NCBI GenBank assembly: GCA_964534365.1
Contig: CAZHOI010000001.1
Location: 55,560 to 119,559, forward strand
Length of the DNA: 64,000 nt
Reading direction: 5' to 3'
Origin: an uncultured Candidatus Saccharibacteria bacterium
GTDB taxonomy: Bacteria; Patescibacteriota; Minisyncoccia; Phycocordibacterales; SW-6-46-9
The notes beneath the pieces are model-generated. The model did not search any database and was not told the origin of the DNA. It saw only the letters and a program-made list of their open reading frames with translations. A program made the translations under genes and the position numbers. Numbering within the stretch: the stretch's first letter is position 1; every line of letters starts with the position of its first letter. Of this stretch, positions 1 through 9,873 are shown piece after piece.

Positions 1-603
1 CACTTTCGCCGTCCTCAATATGACCTTTGGGTAGGGTCCAGCGGCCGAATACATCATGAATCAGCGCAACCTTGATCATCCCATCATCATTAGCGTAAAT
101 TAATGATCCGACCAGCGTCTGAACCGGCATTTTAGAATACGGAATATTTTTGATTTTATTACTAGCTTGATCTTTGCCTGGCTCGCCCAGCTCGCGATAC
201 ACTGATCCCAATACCCCATTAATGAATCTACCCGATGCATCACCACCGAATCCTTTACCCAGCTCGATCGCTTCGTTAATAGCGACTTTAGGCGGTGCTT
301 CATCATGATCGCCAAACAATAGCTCGTAAAGTCCAATCCGCAAAATATTACGATCAACGGTGGCTATTTTTTCCAGTGGCCAGTCGGGGGCGGCTTTTTC
401 GATGACCTGGTTAATTGCCTCTAGATTTTGTAATACCCCAGATAACAACACATCCATATACTCTCTATCGCCAGCGTCGTCGGCAAATTCAGTCGCGTTA
501 TTTGCTAGTGTGGTGGTTATACTAGGTAGTGATTTGTGATTGAAATCCCATTCAAAAAGAGTTTGTAAAACTACTGATCGTGATAAGTGTCGATTAGCCA
601 TAT
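1..603 (-). CDS. nusB: NusB antitermination factor with in-frame C-terminal Nudix-hydrolase domain (partial; C-terminus runs off window start)
   Basis: Reverse-strand translation from ATG at 603-601: MANRHLSRSVVLQTLFEWDF...DRNILRIGLYELLFGD...AINEAIELGKGFGG (NusB fold). The frame stays open across a ~25-aa linker into ...KVALIHDVFGRWTLPKGHIEDGES (beta strand plus start of Nudix box G-x5-E). No stop before position 1, so it is absent from the ORF track. Confidence 0.7.
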
Positions 604-755
604 GGTTTTAAAGAACAAGCCTCGTCCAACTTCTGCTATAGAAATATTGAGGATATGTGGAATCAAGCTCGTTTATCTAGATTATACAAAACAAAATAAA
701 AAAAGCGGGATCTTATCCCCACGTTTAGTTAACAAGTAACAACTAACGATAACAA

Positions 756-1025
756 TTAACTAGCGGCAGCTTCTTTTTCTGCAGACTTAGTCTTGGTCTT
801 TTGATCGTCAGAATTACTTTGTTGTGGGTCGTCGGTTGTAAGTCGTGAGTTTGAATTTACGTTTAATACCTGGCGACCGCGGTACATTCCAGTTTTTAAA
901 TCGATTCGATGCCGTAAATGAGTTGATCCGGTTTCTGAATCGGTCGATAGACGTGGCAATTTCGCATGCAAATGCGCGCGTCGTTGATCACGTTGTGATT
1001 TGTTTTTTCGCATTCGTGAACCCAT
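756..1025 (-). CDS. rpmF: 50S ribosomal protein L32 with low-complexity C-terminal extension
   Basis: N-terminus KNKSQRDQRRAHLHAKLPRLSTDSETGSTHLRHRIDLKTGMYRGRQV matches the bL32 signature (SKSRRDMRRSH...GE.HLRHH....G.YRGR.V). Confidence 0.8.
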   Translation of the reverse strand: MGSRMRKNKSQRDQRRAHLHAKLPRLSTDSETGSTHLRHRIDLKTGMYRGRQVLNVNSNSRLTTDDPQQSNSDDQKTKTKSAEKEAAAS

Positions 1026-2137
1026 AGTGGCGACACTATAACTGGAATCAGGAATAAAAACAACAAAAAAATGACCCCGTCCCTCTCACTAGCGATGCTG
1101 TTGAGAGACGAGGTCGGTTGGAGGCACTGGCGCACTGTATTGTCACGCGAGTCCCTAGAGTCTTAAACCAGGTAGTCACTCCCAATTTAAGTTTCCCTAT
1201 TAGTTAAGGTACGTCTGGGAGGTCATGCCTGCTCGGCGCGAACCTGTATTCCCAGTCCTTTTTACAAATCTCACGGTCGCAGTCATCTACGGTGAGTGCC
1301 TTCCACATCTACTTGCCTGAAACGATGTCAGGTTTCGATTGGAACAACGAGCGAAATCGGTGACTAATCCCGATAGCAGCAGGCTCGTCCATTATTGAGC
1401 TTTAACCAGCGCCACTGGTGTAATCGAGAGGTTGAGAGGGCTCCTGATAGCCCTATCTTATGTTGTACGTAGCAGCCAAAGTGGTAAGCTTTGCTGCTAC
1501 GCCCTCCTTATTGAGGAATTTTGCAGCTACCAAACCAAGCTTTTATACCGTAACTTGGCAAGGTTGTTCGGATCACTTGACTCTTCTCATTGAGCCACTT
1601 TCTCCTTACTACCCACGACCATGGATCCCAGGACGCTCGCCTCAACTCTTTTCACAATTGGATGGCGTTTTCGCTTTCACGTCTCGAATATTAAAGAAAG
1701 CAATCCAGACTCAGAGGGGTTCTATCCCGTCTGGGCATCAACAATATCACCGCTTGGTTCGTGTCATCGCGGTATGATAGCAATTGACTGGCTAGAAGCT
1801 GCTCAAATAATCCTTGAAACCAAAACTTTAAGAGTCGTATTATTAAGCTCTAGTAGATTTGGTTCTGATAAAGGCAGTGCCGCAAATGACACCCTAATGG
1901 ATTCTCTACGGCACACATTTAATAAAGGTGGGGTTGAGATCGGAGGTTTGTTCTATCATTCAAACGATTTTAACTACCTTTGGGAATTACATCTGCTAAC
2001 CATTGACGAAGATCTGGATAACTAAACTGATATCTTGTCGGCGTCGGGGGAAGAACGACATCTTCCCCACCTTATACAGTAATTAAATTATTTGATTGTT
2101 GTTAGGGTAAATCTCATTTAGAGGTCGGATGTCTAAA
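1026..2137. other. About 1.1 kb region with no convincing protein-coding frame and elevated GC; possible structured RNA or decayed gene
   Basis: Only short overlapping ATG-ORFs in different frames (1460..1777, 1621..2025) with no recognisable motifs. GC is visibly higher than in flanking genes. Several stable hairpins, e.g. gggggaagaacgacatcttcccc at ~2047-2069. Confidence 0.4.
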
Positions 2138-2767
2138 TTATTTTATCCAGGTTTTGCGATGCTGATCACACGTTCCATGTTTTCTGATTTGTAATCTGTG
2201 CCACTGCGTGCCGTAGCCAACGTGTTTATCAAAGCCATAGCCAGGAAAGCGTTGATGCACAGTATTCTTCATGTATTTATCCCGTTTCTCTTTAGCATAA
2301 ATACTAGCCAGAGCAATTACCGGGATTGTAGCATCTCCTTTTTTATAACTTTTCCAGTGAATAAAATTATTTGGAATTGGTATACCATAATCCATTAAAA
2401 ATATGGTTTTGGCTGGATCATACTGTTTAACTACTCGGTTCATCATTGTTAGGTAAGATTGCCTAATTCTGATGCGATCAACTACAGCTGCCGATATTCG
2501 TGTTGACCATATTTCTATAGAAATATGGTCTGGAAATGACTTTATATTCGATAGAATCTTTTGCCTAGAGTTTGCGGTAAGTTTTTTTGAATCATCTAGG
2601 TTTTTCATTCGTTCTAGTTCAAGTTCATCTCCTCGTCTTATGGCACAAATTCCTAATACCATCGGCCCAGCGATTGCCCCCCGCCCTACTTCGTCAATCC
2701 CCACCACCCATTTGACCGATTCAGGCAGACGTTTTATTTCGCTCAAAATGTCTTGAGGCCACTTCAT
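2138..2767 (-). CDS. rnhB: Ribonuclease HII
   Basis: VVGIDEVGRGAIAGPMVLG ... LDDSKKL ... catalytic motifs of RNase HII; 209 aa. Confidence 0.9.
   Translation of the reverse strand: MKWPQDILSEIKRLPESVKWVVGIDEVGRGAIAGPMVLGICAIRRGDELELERMKNLDDSKKLTANSRQKILSNIKSFPDHISIEIWSTRISAAVVDRIRIRQSYLTMMNRVVKQYDPAKTIFLMDYGIPIPNNFIHWKSYKKGDATIPVIALASIYAKEKRDKYMKNTVHQRFPGYGFDKHVGYGTQWHRLQIRKHGTCDQHRKTWIK
2505..2530. repeat. Perfect 26-bp palindrome GACCATATTTCTATAGAAATATGGTC inside the rnhB coding sequence (copy 1 of a shared 22-bp core)
   Basis: Self-complementary by inspection. The core CCATATTTCTATAGAAATATGG is identical to the copy at 7961-7982. Both strands translate to HISIEIW, which explains the antisense ORF 2472..2756. 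Confidence 0.85.
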
Positions 2768-2788
2768 TATCCGCTACAATAACATCAA

Positions 2789-5700
2789 ATGGCCATTCAA
2801 CAGCGCGATTTTGTTCACCTGCACACTCATTCGCACTATTCCCTATTGCAGGCCGTACCCAATATTCCTGATTTGGTAGCAGCCGCAAAGTCCGATGGGC
2901 AAAGATCCCTGGCATTAACTGACGCTGGATCAATGTATGGCGCGGTCGAATTCTATCAGGAGGCCAAAAAAAATAATATTAAACCAATCATTGGCGTAGA
3001 TTTTTACGTCGCCACTGGATCACGACAAGATTCAGACACCGAAGAAGACAAACGATTCTACCGTCTAGTATTGCTGGCTAAAAATACTGAAGGCTATAAA
3101 GATTTGATGCGATTGACTAGCCAGGGATTTTTAAGCGGGTTTTATCAACATCCCAGAATCGACCATGACCTGATTTCGAAACATTCCAAACATTTAATAA
3201 CTATTTTACCGGCTAAAACCAGCGAAGTTGCTTGGCACATTGACCGCGGCAATACCAGTAAAGCCCGGCAGGTCCTTGATTTCTATCGGGAAGTCTTTGG
3301 GGATAGCGTTTATCATGAAATAACCCTTCATCCAGAAATAAATGGCCATGATCAGTTGCAGCGAAAGGTTTATTCTTTTGCCAAGGAACACAATCTAGAA
3401 CTGGTGGCCGCTAATGATGTCTATTATTTAAAGCCCGAGGATCGCGAAGTTAGGCGAATCGCCGAAACCATTGCCAGGGGTTACTATCAATTAGAAGCAG
3501 CTAGCGAGGACTATTCGTTTTTGACTACCGAGCAAATTAATAAAAAATTCAAAGACATGCCAGCGGCTATTGATAATACAATCAAAATTGCCGATGCTTG
3601 CAATGTCGAGATTGAGTTAGGTACCTTTTATTTTCCAGATTTTGAATTACCCGAAAACTCTACCGCTCAAAAAGAACTGCGAAAATTATGTTATGGAGGG
3701 TTTAATAGACGCGGATTTGAAACTGATAACCAAGAGGTAATTGATCGTCTAGAATACGAGCTTAAAATAATAAATGACAAAGGATATGACGCCTATTTTT
3801 TGATTGTTCAGGATTTACTGCATTATGCCCACCAAAATGATATTCCCACTACTATTCGTGGGTCAGTGGCTGGATCAATGGTCACCTATTTATCTGGAAT
3901 CACCAATCTAGATCCGCTGTATTACGGATTGCGATTCGAACGATTCCTAAACCCTGATCGACCCTCCGCCCCCGACATTGATATGGATTTTGCTGATAAC
4001 CGCCGGGATGAGGTAATTGAATATACCAGGGAAAAATACGGACATGACAAGGTCGCCCAAATCGGAACCTTTGGCACTATGCTAGCCAGAGGTGTAGTTC
4101 GCGATGTGGCACGGGCCATGTCATTTCCTTATGCTCTAGGAGATCAAATCGCCAAATTAATACCTCCACCTAAACAAGGTTTTCCCATGCCGATTGCCAA
4201 GGCGCTAAAAGAGGTTCCGGAACTGCAGGAGGTATATCAAAACAATCCTTCAGTAAAACAGGTTATTGATATGGGCCAACGACTGGAAGGCAACGCCCGA
4301 CATATCTCGGTTCATGCGGCTGGTGTTGTGATTGCCCCCACCACTCTAAATGACTTTACACCGATTCAACGTGATCCCAAAGGCGGTAAATTGATTACCC
4401 AATATGATATGCACGCCGTTGGCGAGGACGGGGCGGGATTAACCAAATTTGATTTCCTAGGACTAAAGAATCTGGCAATCCTGGCTGATACCGTAAAACG
4501 AATCGAATGGCGACATGATAAAAAAATTGATATCGAATCGATTCCTATTGATGACGAAAATACTTTTCAGATGTTAGCCGAGGGCAAAACCCATGGTACG
4601 TTTCAATTAAATGGATCAGGAATGACCGCATTTTTAAAAGATCTGAAACCAACCGATATATTTGATATTAATGCTATGGTTGCCCTGTATCGACCAGGTC
4701 CAATGGAGTTTATTCCTGAATACATTGCCCGTAAACATAATCCTGAATTAGTTGAATATCCCCATGAAATGTTAAAAGACGCCCTGCAGCAATCATACGG
4801 TCTACTGATATATCAAGAAGATGTTATGTATACCGCAATTCGCCTAGCTGGTTATTCATGGCTGGATGCTGATAAATTTCGAAAAGCGATGGGTAAGAAG
4901 ATCCCTGCCCTGATGGACGAGCAAGAAAAGAAGTTCAAATCAGGTTGTGTTGATAATGGAATTGATCCTAATCTAGCGAATGAATTATGGGAAAGAATCA
5001 AACCATTTGCCGCCTATGCGTTTAATAAATCCCACTCGGCCTCGTATGGTCGGGTTGCCTATCAAACCTCATACTTCAAAGCTAATTATCCAGCTGAATA
5101 CATGGCGGCTGTTTTGACTGCTGATGCTGGTAATACGGACAAGATTGCGGAATCGGTAGCCGAATGCAGCAATATGAATTTGGAAGTCTTGCCCCCTGAT
5201 ATAAATGAATCTTTTGCCAGTTTTACGGTAATTGATCAAGATAATGAAGTTCAGGTCATCCGATTTGGTTTGTATTCAATTAAAAATTTCGGCGAAGGAA
5301 TCGCTGATCAAATTATAGTTGAGCGCAAATCAAATGGTAGATTTAAATCAATTGCCGATTTGATTGAACGAGTTGGTGGAAGAGCTCTTAATCGTAAATC
5401 GCTAGAGGCGCTAATATTTTCCGGAGCTCTTGACAATCTAGAACCAGCACCAAAAACTGACGTGGTTAGGTGGCGGGCGGATTTATTTGGCAACCTTAGT
5501 GATTTGCTATTGCATCATAAACAAGTGCACTCTCAGGCTGATAATCAGGGTTCACTATTTGCTTCGACCGAATTACAATTACCTGAATTTTGCCTTAAAC
5601 GCGACATTGCTACTTTTACCAAAGAAGAAATCCTAAATAATGAAAAAGAGCTGCTGGGTGTTTATATATCCGGTCACCCCTTGGATAAATTTAAACACAA

Positions 5701-6004
5701 GTTGGATAATCGCAATCAAAATATTACTCACATAAAAACTGACGATACTTTTTTGGATCGCCAAGTGAATGTGGTAGGAATATTACAGGACCTCAGGCCC
5801 ATTCAGACTAAAAAATCTAATCGGGCAATGGCTTTTGGCGTAATGGCTGATCTGGATGACATGATAGAAGTAGTATTTTTCCCAGATACCTGGGATGAAT
5901 TAAAAGATAAACTGGAGATTGATTCCGTATACAAAATGGAGGGAAAATTGACCGAGCGCAACAGCGATCGATCAGTGCTAGTAGATCGAATATCAAAGCT
6001 ATAA
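2789..6004 (+). CDS. dnaE: DNA polymerase III alpha subunit
   Basis: PHP-domain start FVHLHTHSHYSLLQA, 1071 aa, polymerase core motifs (GLLKFDFLGLKNL, NKSHSASY). Confidence 0.95.
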   Translation: MAIQQRDFVHLHTHSHYSLLQAVPNIPDLVAAAKSDGQRSLALTDAGSMYGAVEFYQEAKKNNIKPIIGVDFYVATGSRQDSDTEEDKRFYRLVLLAKNTEGYKDLMRLTSQGFLSGFYQHPRIDHDLISKHSKHLITILPAKTSEVAWHIDRGNTSKARQVLDFYREVFGDSVYHEITLHPEINGHDQLQRKVYSFAKEHNLELVAANDVYYLKPEDREVRRIAETIARGYYQLEAASEDYSFLTTEQINKKFKDMPAAIDNTIKIADACNVEIELGTFYFPDFELPENSTAQKELRKLCYGGFNRRGFETDNQEVIDRLEYELKIINDKGYDAYFLIVQDLLHYAHQNDIPTTIRGSVAGSMVTYLSGITNLDPLYYGLRFERFLNPDRPSAPDIDMDFADNRRDEVIEYTREKYGHDKVAQIGTFGTMLARGVVRDVARAMSFPYALGDQIAKLIPPPKQGFPMPIAKALKEVPELQEVYQNNPSVKQVIDMGQRLEGNARHISVHAAGVVIAPTTLNDFTPIQRDPKGGKLITQYDMHAVGEDGAGLTKFDFLGLKNLAILADTVKRIEWRHDKKIDIESIPIDDENTFQMLAEGKTHGTFQLNGSGMTAFLKDLKPTDIFDINAMVALYRPGPMEFIPEYIARKHNPELVEYPHEMLKDALQQSYGLLIYQEDVMYTAIRLAGYSWLDADKFRKAMGKKIPALMDEQEKKFKSGCVDNGIDPNLANELWERIKPFAAYAFNKSHSASYGRVAYQTSYFKANYPAEYMAAVLTADAGNTDKIAESVAECSNMNLEVLPPDINESFASFTVIDQDNEVQVIRFGLYSIKNFGEGIADQIIVERKSNGRFKSIADLIERVGGRALNRKSLEALIFSGALDNLEPAPKTDVVRWRADLFGNLSDLLLHHKQVHSQADNQGSLFASTELQLPEFCLKRDIATFTKEEILNNEKELLGVYISGHPLDKFKHKLDNRNQNITHIKTDDTFLDRQVNVVGILQDLRPIQTKKSNRAMAFGVMADLDDMIEVVFFPDTWDELKDKLEIDSVYKMEGKLTERNSDRSVLVDRISKL

Positions 6005-6081
6005 ATTATAGTTTTTTTAATTCGAGGCAGCTGACATTCAGCTAGCTTTAAACATTTAACTATTAGAGTTAAACTAATCTC

Positions 6082-7920
6082 ATGAAACAAGTTGATTACC
6101 CAGCCGATAAACTTTATAAAATCAGACATTCGCTGACACATTTACTAGCCAAAGCGGTTACCGATTTGTGGCCTGAAGCAAAACCAACCATTGGCCCGCC
6201 GACTGATAATGGATTTTATTATGACTTTGATTTTGCTGCGTCCTCGGAAGCCTCTGGCGAAGGAGGGGCGATTTCCATTTCAAAATCAGATTTAAAAAAG
6301 ATTCAAAAACAAATGCGAAAACTCTTGGGTAAGTGGCAGCAATTTCAAGCAGTAACCGTAACTGCGGATGAAGCCAGAGCTATTTTTGCTGATAATGAGT
6401 ACAAATTAGAACTAATAGATACCATCGAAACAGAAGAATCTGATATTACAATTTACTATTCGGGCCCTGATCTACCGGAACAGCTTTCAATAGAAAACCT
6501 AGCAACTATTCCCAAGGAAGGCTTCATCGATTTGTGTCGTGGTGGTCACGTAGACAGTCCAGCCGCTGAAATTGATCCCAAAGCGTTCAAGCTAGACAGT
6601 TTGGCTGGTGCCTATTGGCGTGGTGATCAGAGCAATCAGCAATTGACAAGAATCTATGGCTTGGCGTTTGAATCCGCAGCTGGATTAGACAAATATTTAA
6701 TGCAACGTGAAGAGGCCAAGAAACGCGATCATCGCAAACTAGGGCAAAAGATGGGACTATTTACATTTTCAGATAAAGTCGGTAAAGGTTTACCAATGTT
6801 TTTACCATCTGGCAATTTAATAAGAGAGATACTTACTAAATATATTACTGATAAAAAAACCGCGTTAGGTTATCAATTTGTTCATATCCCCCACATTGCC
6901 AAGCGCGATCTGTATGAAACATCAGGTCATATGGGAAAATATGATGCCATGATGCCGGTCATGACTGACGAAGATGGCGATGAATACGTTATGAAAGCAA
7001 TGAATTGTCCACATCATTTTGAACTGTATAATTCCCTACCTCACTCGTATCGCGACCTTCCTTTGCGTTACGCTGAGAATACTACCGTATATCGAAATGA
7101 AAAATCAGGCGAGCTCCATGGCCTTACCCGAGTCAAAGCCTTAACCCAGGATGATACCCATCATTTTATTCGTCACAGCCAAATAAAAAGCGAGATAGAA
7201 ATGGTATTAAGTTTGGTAAAAGACGTATACGATTTATTTGACTTTAATTCATACAAAGTAGAAATATCGGTCCGTGATCAAGATAATAAAGACAAGTATT
7301 TTGGTGAAAACAGTATATGGACTAAAACTGAAAGCATCCTGGAAGAATCAGTTAAATTTTGGGGTGCTGACTATACCATCGAAGAAGGTGAAGCCGCTTT
7401 CTATGGTCCTAAAATAGATATTAAGGTCAAGGATTCACTAGGTCGACAATGGCAAGTAGCCACCGTACAGCTAGATTTTATTCAACCTGAGAATTTTGAT
7501 ATGATTTATATCGATGAAAATGGCGATAAACAGCGCCCGGCGGTATTACATGTAGCTGTTTTCGGATCAATCGAGCGGTTTATGGGAATTTTGATCGAGC
7601 ACTATGCCGGTAAATTTCCGTTTTGGCTATCCCCTGAACAGGTCCGTATCCTGCCAATCGCTGAAAACCATATAAACTACGCTAATAAAATAAATGATCA
7701 GCTGATTGAACAAAGCATTCGATCAACCATAATTACCAATGATTCTCTGGGTAAAAGGATTCGAGGTGCTAAAACCGATTTACTGCCATATTTTATAGTA
7801 GTCGGCGATGATGAAGTGAAAAACAATACGGCTACTTTGGAAGGGCGAAATGGTTCCGAGAACTTGACCGTCTCTGACCTGATACACAAGTTAGCTACCG
7901 AAAACACCCCTTCAGTCTAA
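6082..7920 (+). CDS. thrS: Threonyl-tRNA synthetase
   Basis: Class II aaRS motifs with zinc site ...MNCPHHFELY..., HDDTHHF, GPKIDI; 612 aa. Confidence 0.9.
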   Translation: MKQVDYPADKLYKIRHSLTHLLAKAVTDLWPEAKPTIGPPTDNGFYYDFDFAASSEASGEGGAISISKSDLKKIQKQMRKLLGKWQQFQAVTVTADEARAIFADNEYKLELIDTIETEESDITIYYSGPDLPEQLSIENLATIPKEGFIDLCRGGHVDSPAAEIDPKAFKLDSLAGAYWRGDQSNQQLTRIYGLAFESAAGLDKYLMQREEAKKRDHRKLGQKMGLFTFSDKVGKGLPMFLPSGNLIREILTKYITDKKTALGYQFVHIPHIAKRDLYETSGHMGKYDAMMPVMTDEDGDEYVMKAMNCPHHFELYNSLPHSYRDLPLRYAENTTVYRNEKSGELHGLTRVKALTQDDTHHFIRHSQIKSEIEMVLSLVKDVYDLFDFNSYKVEISVRDQDNKDKYFGENSIWTKTESILEESVKFWGADYTIEEGEAAFYGPKIDIKVKDSLGRQWQVATVQLDFIQPENFDMIYIDENGDKQRPAVLHVAVFGSIERFMGILIEHYAGKFPFWLSPEQVRILPIAENHINYANKINDQLIEQSIRSTIITNDSLGKRIRGAKTDLLPYFIVVGDDEVKNNTATLEGRNGSENLTVSDLIHKLATENTPSV

Positions 7921-7957
7921 ATTTTACTAAATTTAATTATACTCACTCGAATTTTCC

Positions 7958-7985
7958 TTACCATATTTCTATAGAAATATGGTAA
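7958..7985. repeat. Perfect 28-bp palindrome TTACCATATTTCTATAGAAATATGGTAA downstream of thrS (copy 2 of the shared 22-bp core)
   Basis: Self-complementary. The 22-bp core is identical to the copy at 2507-2528. Confidence 0.85.
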
Positions 7986-8135
7986 TATATTAATGTCATT
8001 TGAACAATTGTAACTATGTAGCTATCAATTTTCGGATCGGAACTATTTACCTAAGAAAAAACCTCATTCGCGCATGAGGTTTTATTCTGTACGATAATTA
8101 TATCAACTATCGCTACATTGTAATAATTACAATGA

Positions 8136-8402
8136 TTAGTCTTCGACTACGTTGACTGATGTGTCGGTTTCTACACGATCACCAAATTCGTCTTCGTCCA
8201 CAAATTCTTCATCGAACTCTCGTTCAACGTTAACTGCGGCATCCTCAACTTCTTCAGCTGCTTGATCTAATTCGTCAGCAACTTCAACAGCTAGGTCTTG
8301 TCCAGCGCGATTGTATGCGCTCCATGCAAGGATAAGAGCTAGGATAGCGACAACTAGTGCCAACCATGCTACTCCACTTGCAGTATTGTTATGATGTTCC
8401 AT
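8136..8402 (-). CDS. Small membrane-anchored protein with acidic C-terminal tail (hypothetical)
   Basis: One predicted TM helix (WLALVVAILALILAWSAY) followed by a D/E-rich tail; 88 aa. Confidence 0.5.
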   Translation of the reverse strand: MEHHNNTASGVAWLALVVAILALILAWSAYNRAGQDLAVEVADELDQAAEEVEDAAVNVEREFDEEFVDEDEFGDRVETDTSVNVVED

Positions 8403-8523
8403 AAACTTAAGCTTAAATTTATTCTTTTAATTTGTTCGACAGTAAAAACTGTCTTGCTGCAGTATAACCCAACCTGTACAAATCGTAAAACAATTTGTGT
8501 GGATGACAAAAGTCAATAATCTG

Positions 8524-8596
8524 TGGACCTTAGCGGATTTGAACCGCTGACCTCTTGTATGCCATACAAGCGCTCTACCAGCTGAGCTAAAGGCCC
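8524..8596 (-). tRNA. tRNA-Ala (anticodon GGC)
   Basis: Reverse complement GGGCCTTTAGCTCAGCTGGTAGAGCGCTTGTATGGCATACAAGAGGTCAGCGGTTCAAATCCGCTAAGGTCCA folds as a cloverleaf. Anticodon loop is AT-GGC-AT. The G3:U70 alanine identity pair and the GGTTCAAATCC T-loop are present. Confidence 0.85.
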
Positions 8597-8700
8597 TGTT
8601 TACGCTCAGTAGTCCCTTAACTAGGGATTACTGAACTATGGCATAGATTTTACAAAAATCTATTAGCATTAATATACAGACTTTAAATAACTTTTAAAAG

Positions 8701-8735
8701 AAAAATGCCGCGGGCCTTACGGGGCCCGGCGGCAT
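8701..8735 (-). terminator. Rho-independent terminator (minus strand)
   Basis: GC hairpin gccgcgggcc-ttac-ggggcccggcggc, followed on the minus strand by a T-run (plus-strand aaaaa at 8701-8705). Confidence 0.6.
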
Positions 8736-8749
8736 GACATGAGGGTTGC

Positions 8750-8896
8750 TCAGGTTCGTCGACTAACACTTCGCTGAGGTTCGACGTGAACCTGACGCCC
8801 AAGGTATGACTTGTGGTTCTTTCCTCGCATCATCCTTACGGCAATGATCGCTGAAGCCACAAGCAGAAAGAGCAAACCAATGGGTACGAGAGACAT
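8750..8896 (-). CDS. Possible 48-aa single-TM peptide between zupT and the terminator
   Basis: MSLVPIGLLFLLVASAIIAVRMMRGKNHKSYLGRQVHVEPQRSVSRRT (hydrophobic helix then basic tail). Not in ORF track because it is under 60 aa. Ends immediately upstream of the terminator. Confidence 0.3.
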   Translation of the reverse strand: MSLVPIGLLFLLVASAIIAVRMMRGKNHKSYLGRQVHVEPQRSVSRRT

Positions 8897-8972
8897 GACA
8901 AATGGGGGTTGGTGCTATTTAAATATGCCAGACCTAGTGGCTAACCGTCAAATACTTGTCCACATTTATTTT

Positions 8973-9728
8973 TTAAATGAGACTTGTCAGCAGAATTTGG
9001 AAGCCAATCATTAGAATAAAAGATAAGGTGGCTGCCACGGCCATCGCATCAGCGCCGATATCATCCAATGATTCTGGAATCAATTCAGCAAATACTAGCC
9101 AAATCATTGCCCCAGCTGCAAACCCCAACCCAAACGGCAATAATGGTAAAAACAAGGTTACGAAAATAAACGCCGGAATTGCTACCAGCGGTTGAGGCAA
9201 GCTGGTCAAAAATGCATACCAGGCGCTCTTGCCAGCGCTTACCCCCTTTGGCATCAAACTTAAACCTACGGCTAGGCCTTCTGGGATGTTGTGTATTGCC
9301 AGCGCTATTGTAATAAATAGTCCAAACGCTAGTCCATCACCGAATGCCACCCCAATACCGACCCCCTCGGCGAAAGAATGAATCGTTAGGATACCAATTA
9401 TCGTAACTGCCCTAACCGCATCAGCCCCTACCAGATTGCCAACTGATACCTGATCTGATCGCTTTTCAAGCCACCGATGACCCAGGGTAATAAACACTAA
9501 TCCAATGATTGCCCCTGTCAAAGTCTGCCATGATCCGTACGCAAAGCCTTCGTATGCCAATCCAACTGAAGCTGCTAACATCAAACCCCCGGCAATCGCA
9601 ACACCATATCCCTGAAATTTTTTTGATTGTCGATCTTTCAAAAACAGAATTGGCAATACTCCAATAGATGTAGCAATAGCTGTTATCAAGGCGAATAATC
9701 CAACATTAATAATTTCCATGTTTTGCAA
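8973..9728 (-). CDS. zupT: ZIP-family zinc transporter (ZupT-like)
   Basis: Multi-pass membrane protein with the HNIPEGLAVG and HSFAEGVGIG ZIP signatures; 251 aa. Confidence 0.85.
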   Translation of the reverse strand: MQNMEIINVGLFALITAIATSIGVLPILFLKDRQSKKFQGYGVAIAGGLMLAASVGLAYEGFAYGSWQTLTGAIIGLVFITLGHRWLEKRSDQVSVGNLVGADAVRAVTIIGILTIHSFAEGVGIGVAFGDGLAFGLFITIALAIHNIPEGLAVGLSLMPKGVSAGKSAWYAFLTSLPQPLVAIPAFIFVTLFLPLLPFGLGFAAGAMIWLVFAELIPESLDDIGADAMAVAATLSFILMIGFQILLTSLI

Positions 9729-9873
9729 TACTAACTACAAATACACGATAAGTCTATAATTTATTAACATCTAGATATTTCAACAAACTATTGTTATATT
9801 TACGCAAATAGATTTTATAAAATCTATGCCATAGCGAAGCAATTCCGCAATTCGGGATTTCTGAGCGTAACTA

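Noticed and set aside
1030-1460. tmRNA or RNase P RNA upstream of rpmF
   Set aside because: I looked for the GGAAAGTCCGG P4 element, a GGTTCGANTCC T-loop with CCA end, and an ANDENYALAA-type tag frame on both strands and found none convincingly. I cannot call a specific RNA without a covariance-model search.
1460-2025. Plus-strand ORFs 1460..1777 (105 aa) and 1621..2025 (134 aa)
   Set aside because: They overlap each other in different frames, have no recognisable motifs, and have odd composition. They are more likely chance ORFs across a non-coding or RNA region than genes.
2472-2756. 94-aa plus-strand ORF antisense to rnhB containing HISIEIW
   Set aside because: It lies entirely within rnhB on the opposite strand. 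The shared peptide is just a consequence of the 22-bp palindrome translating identically on both strands.
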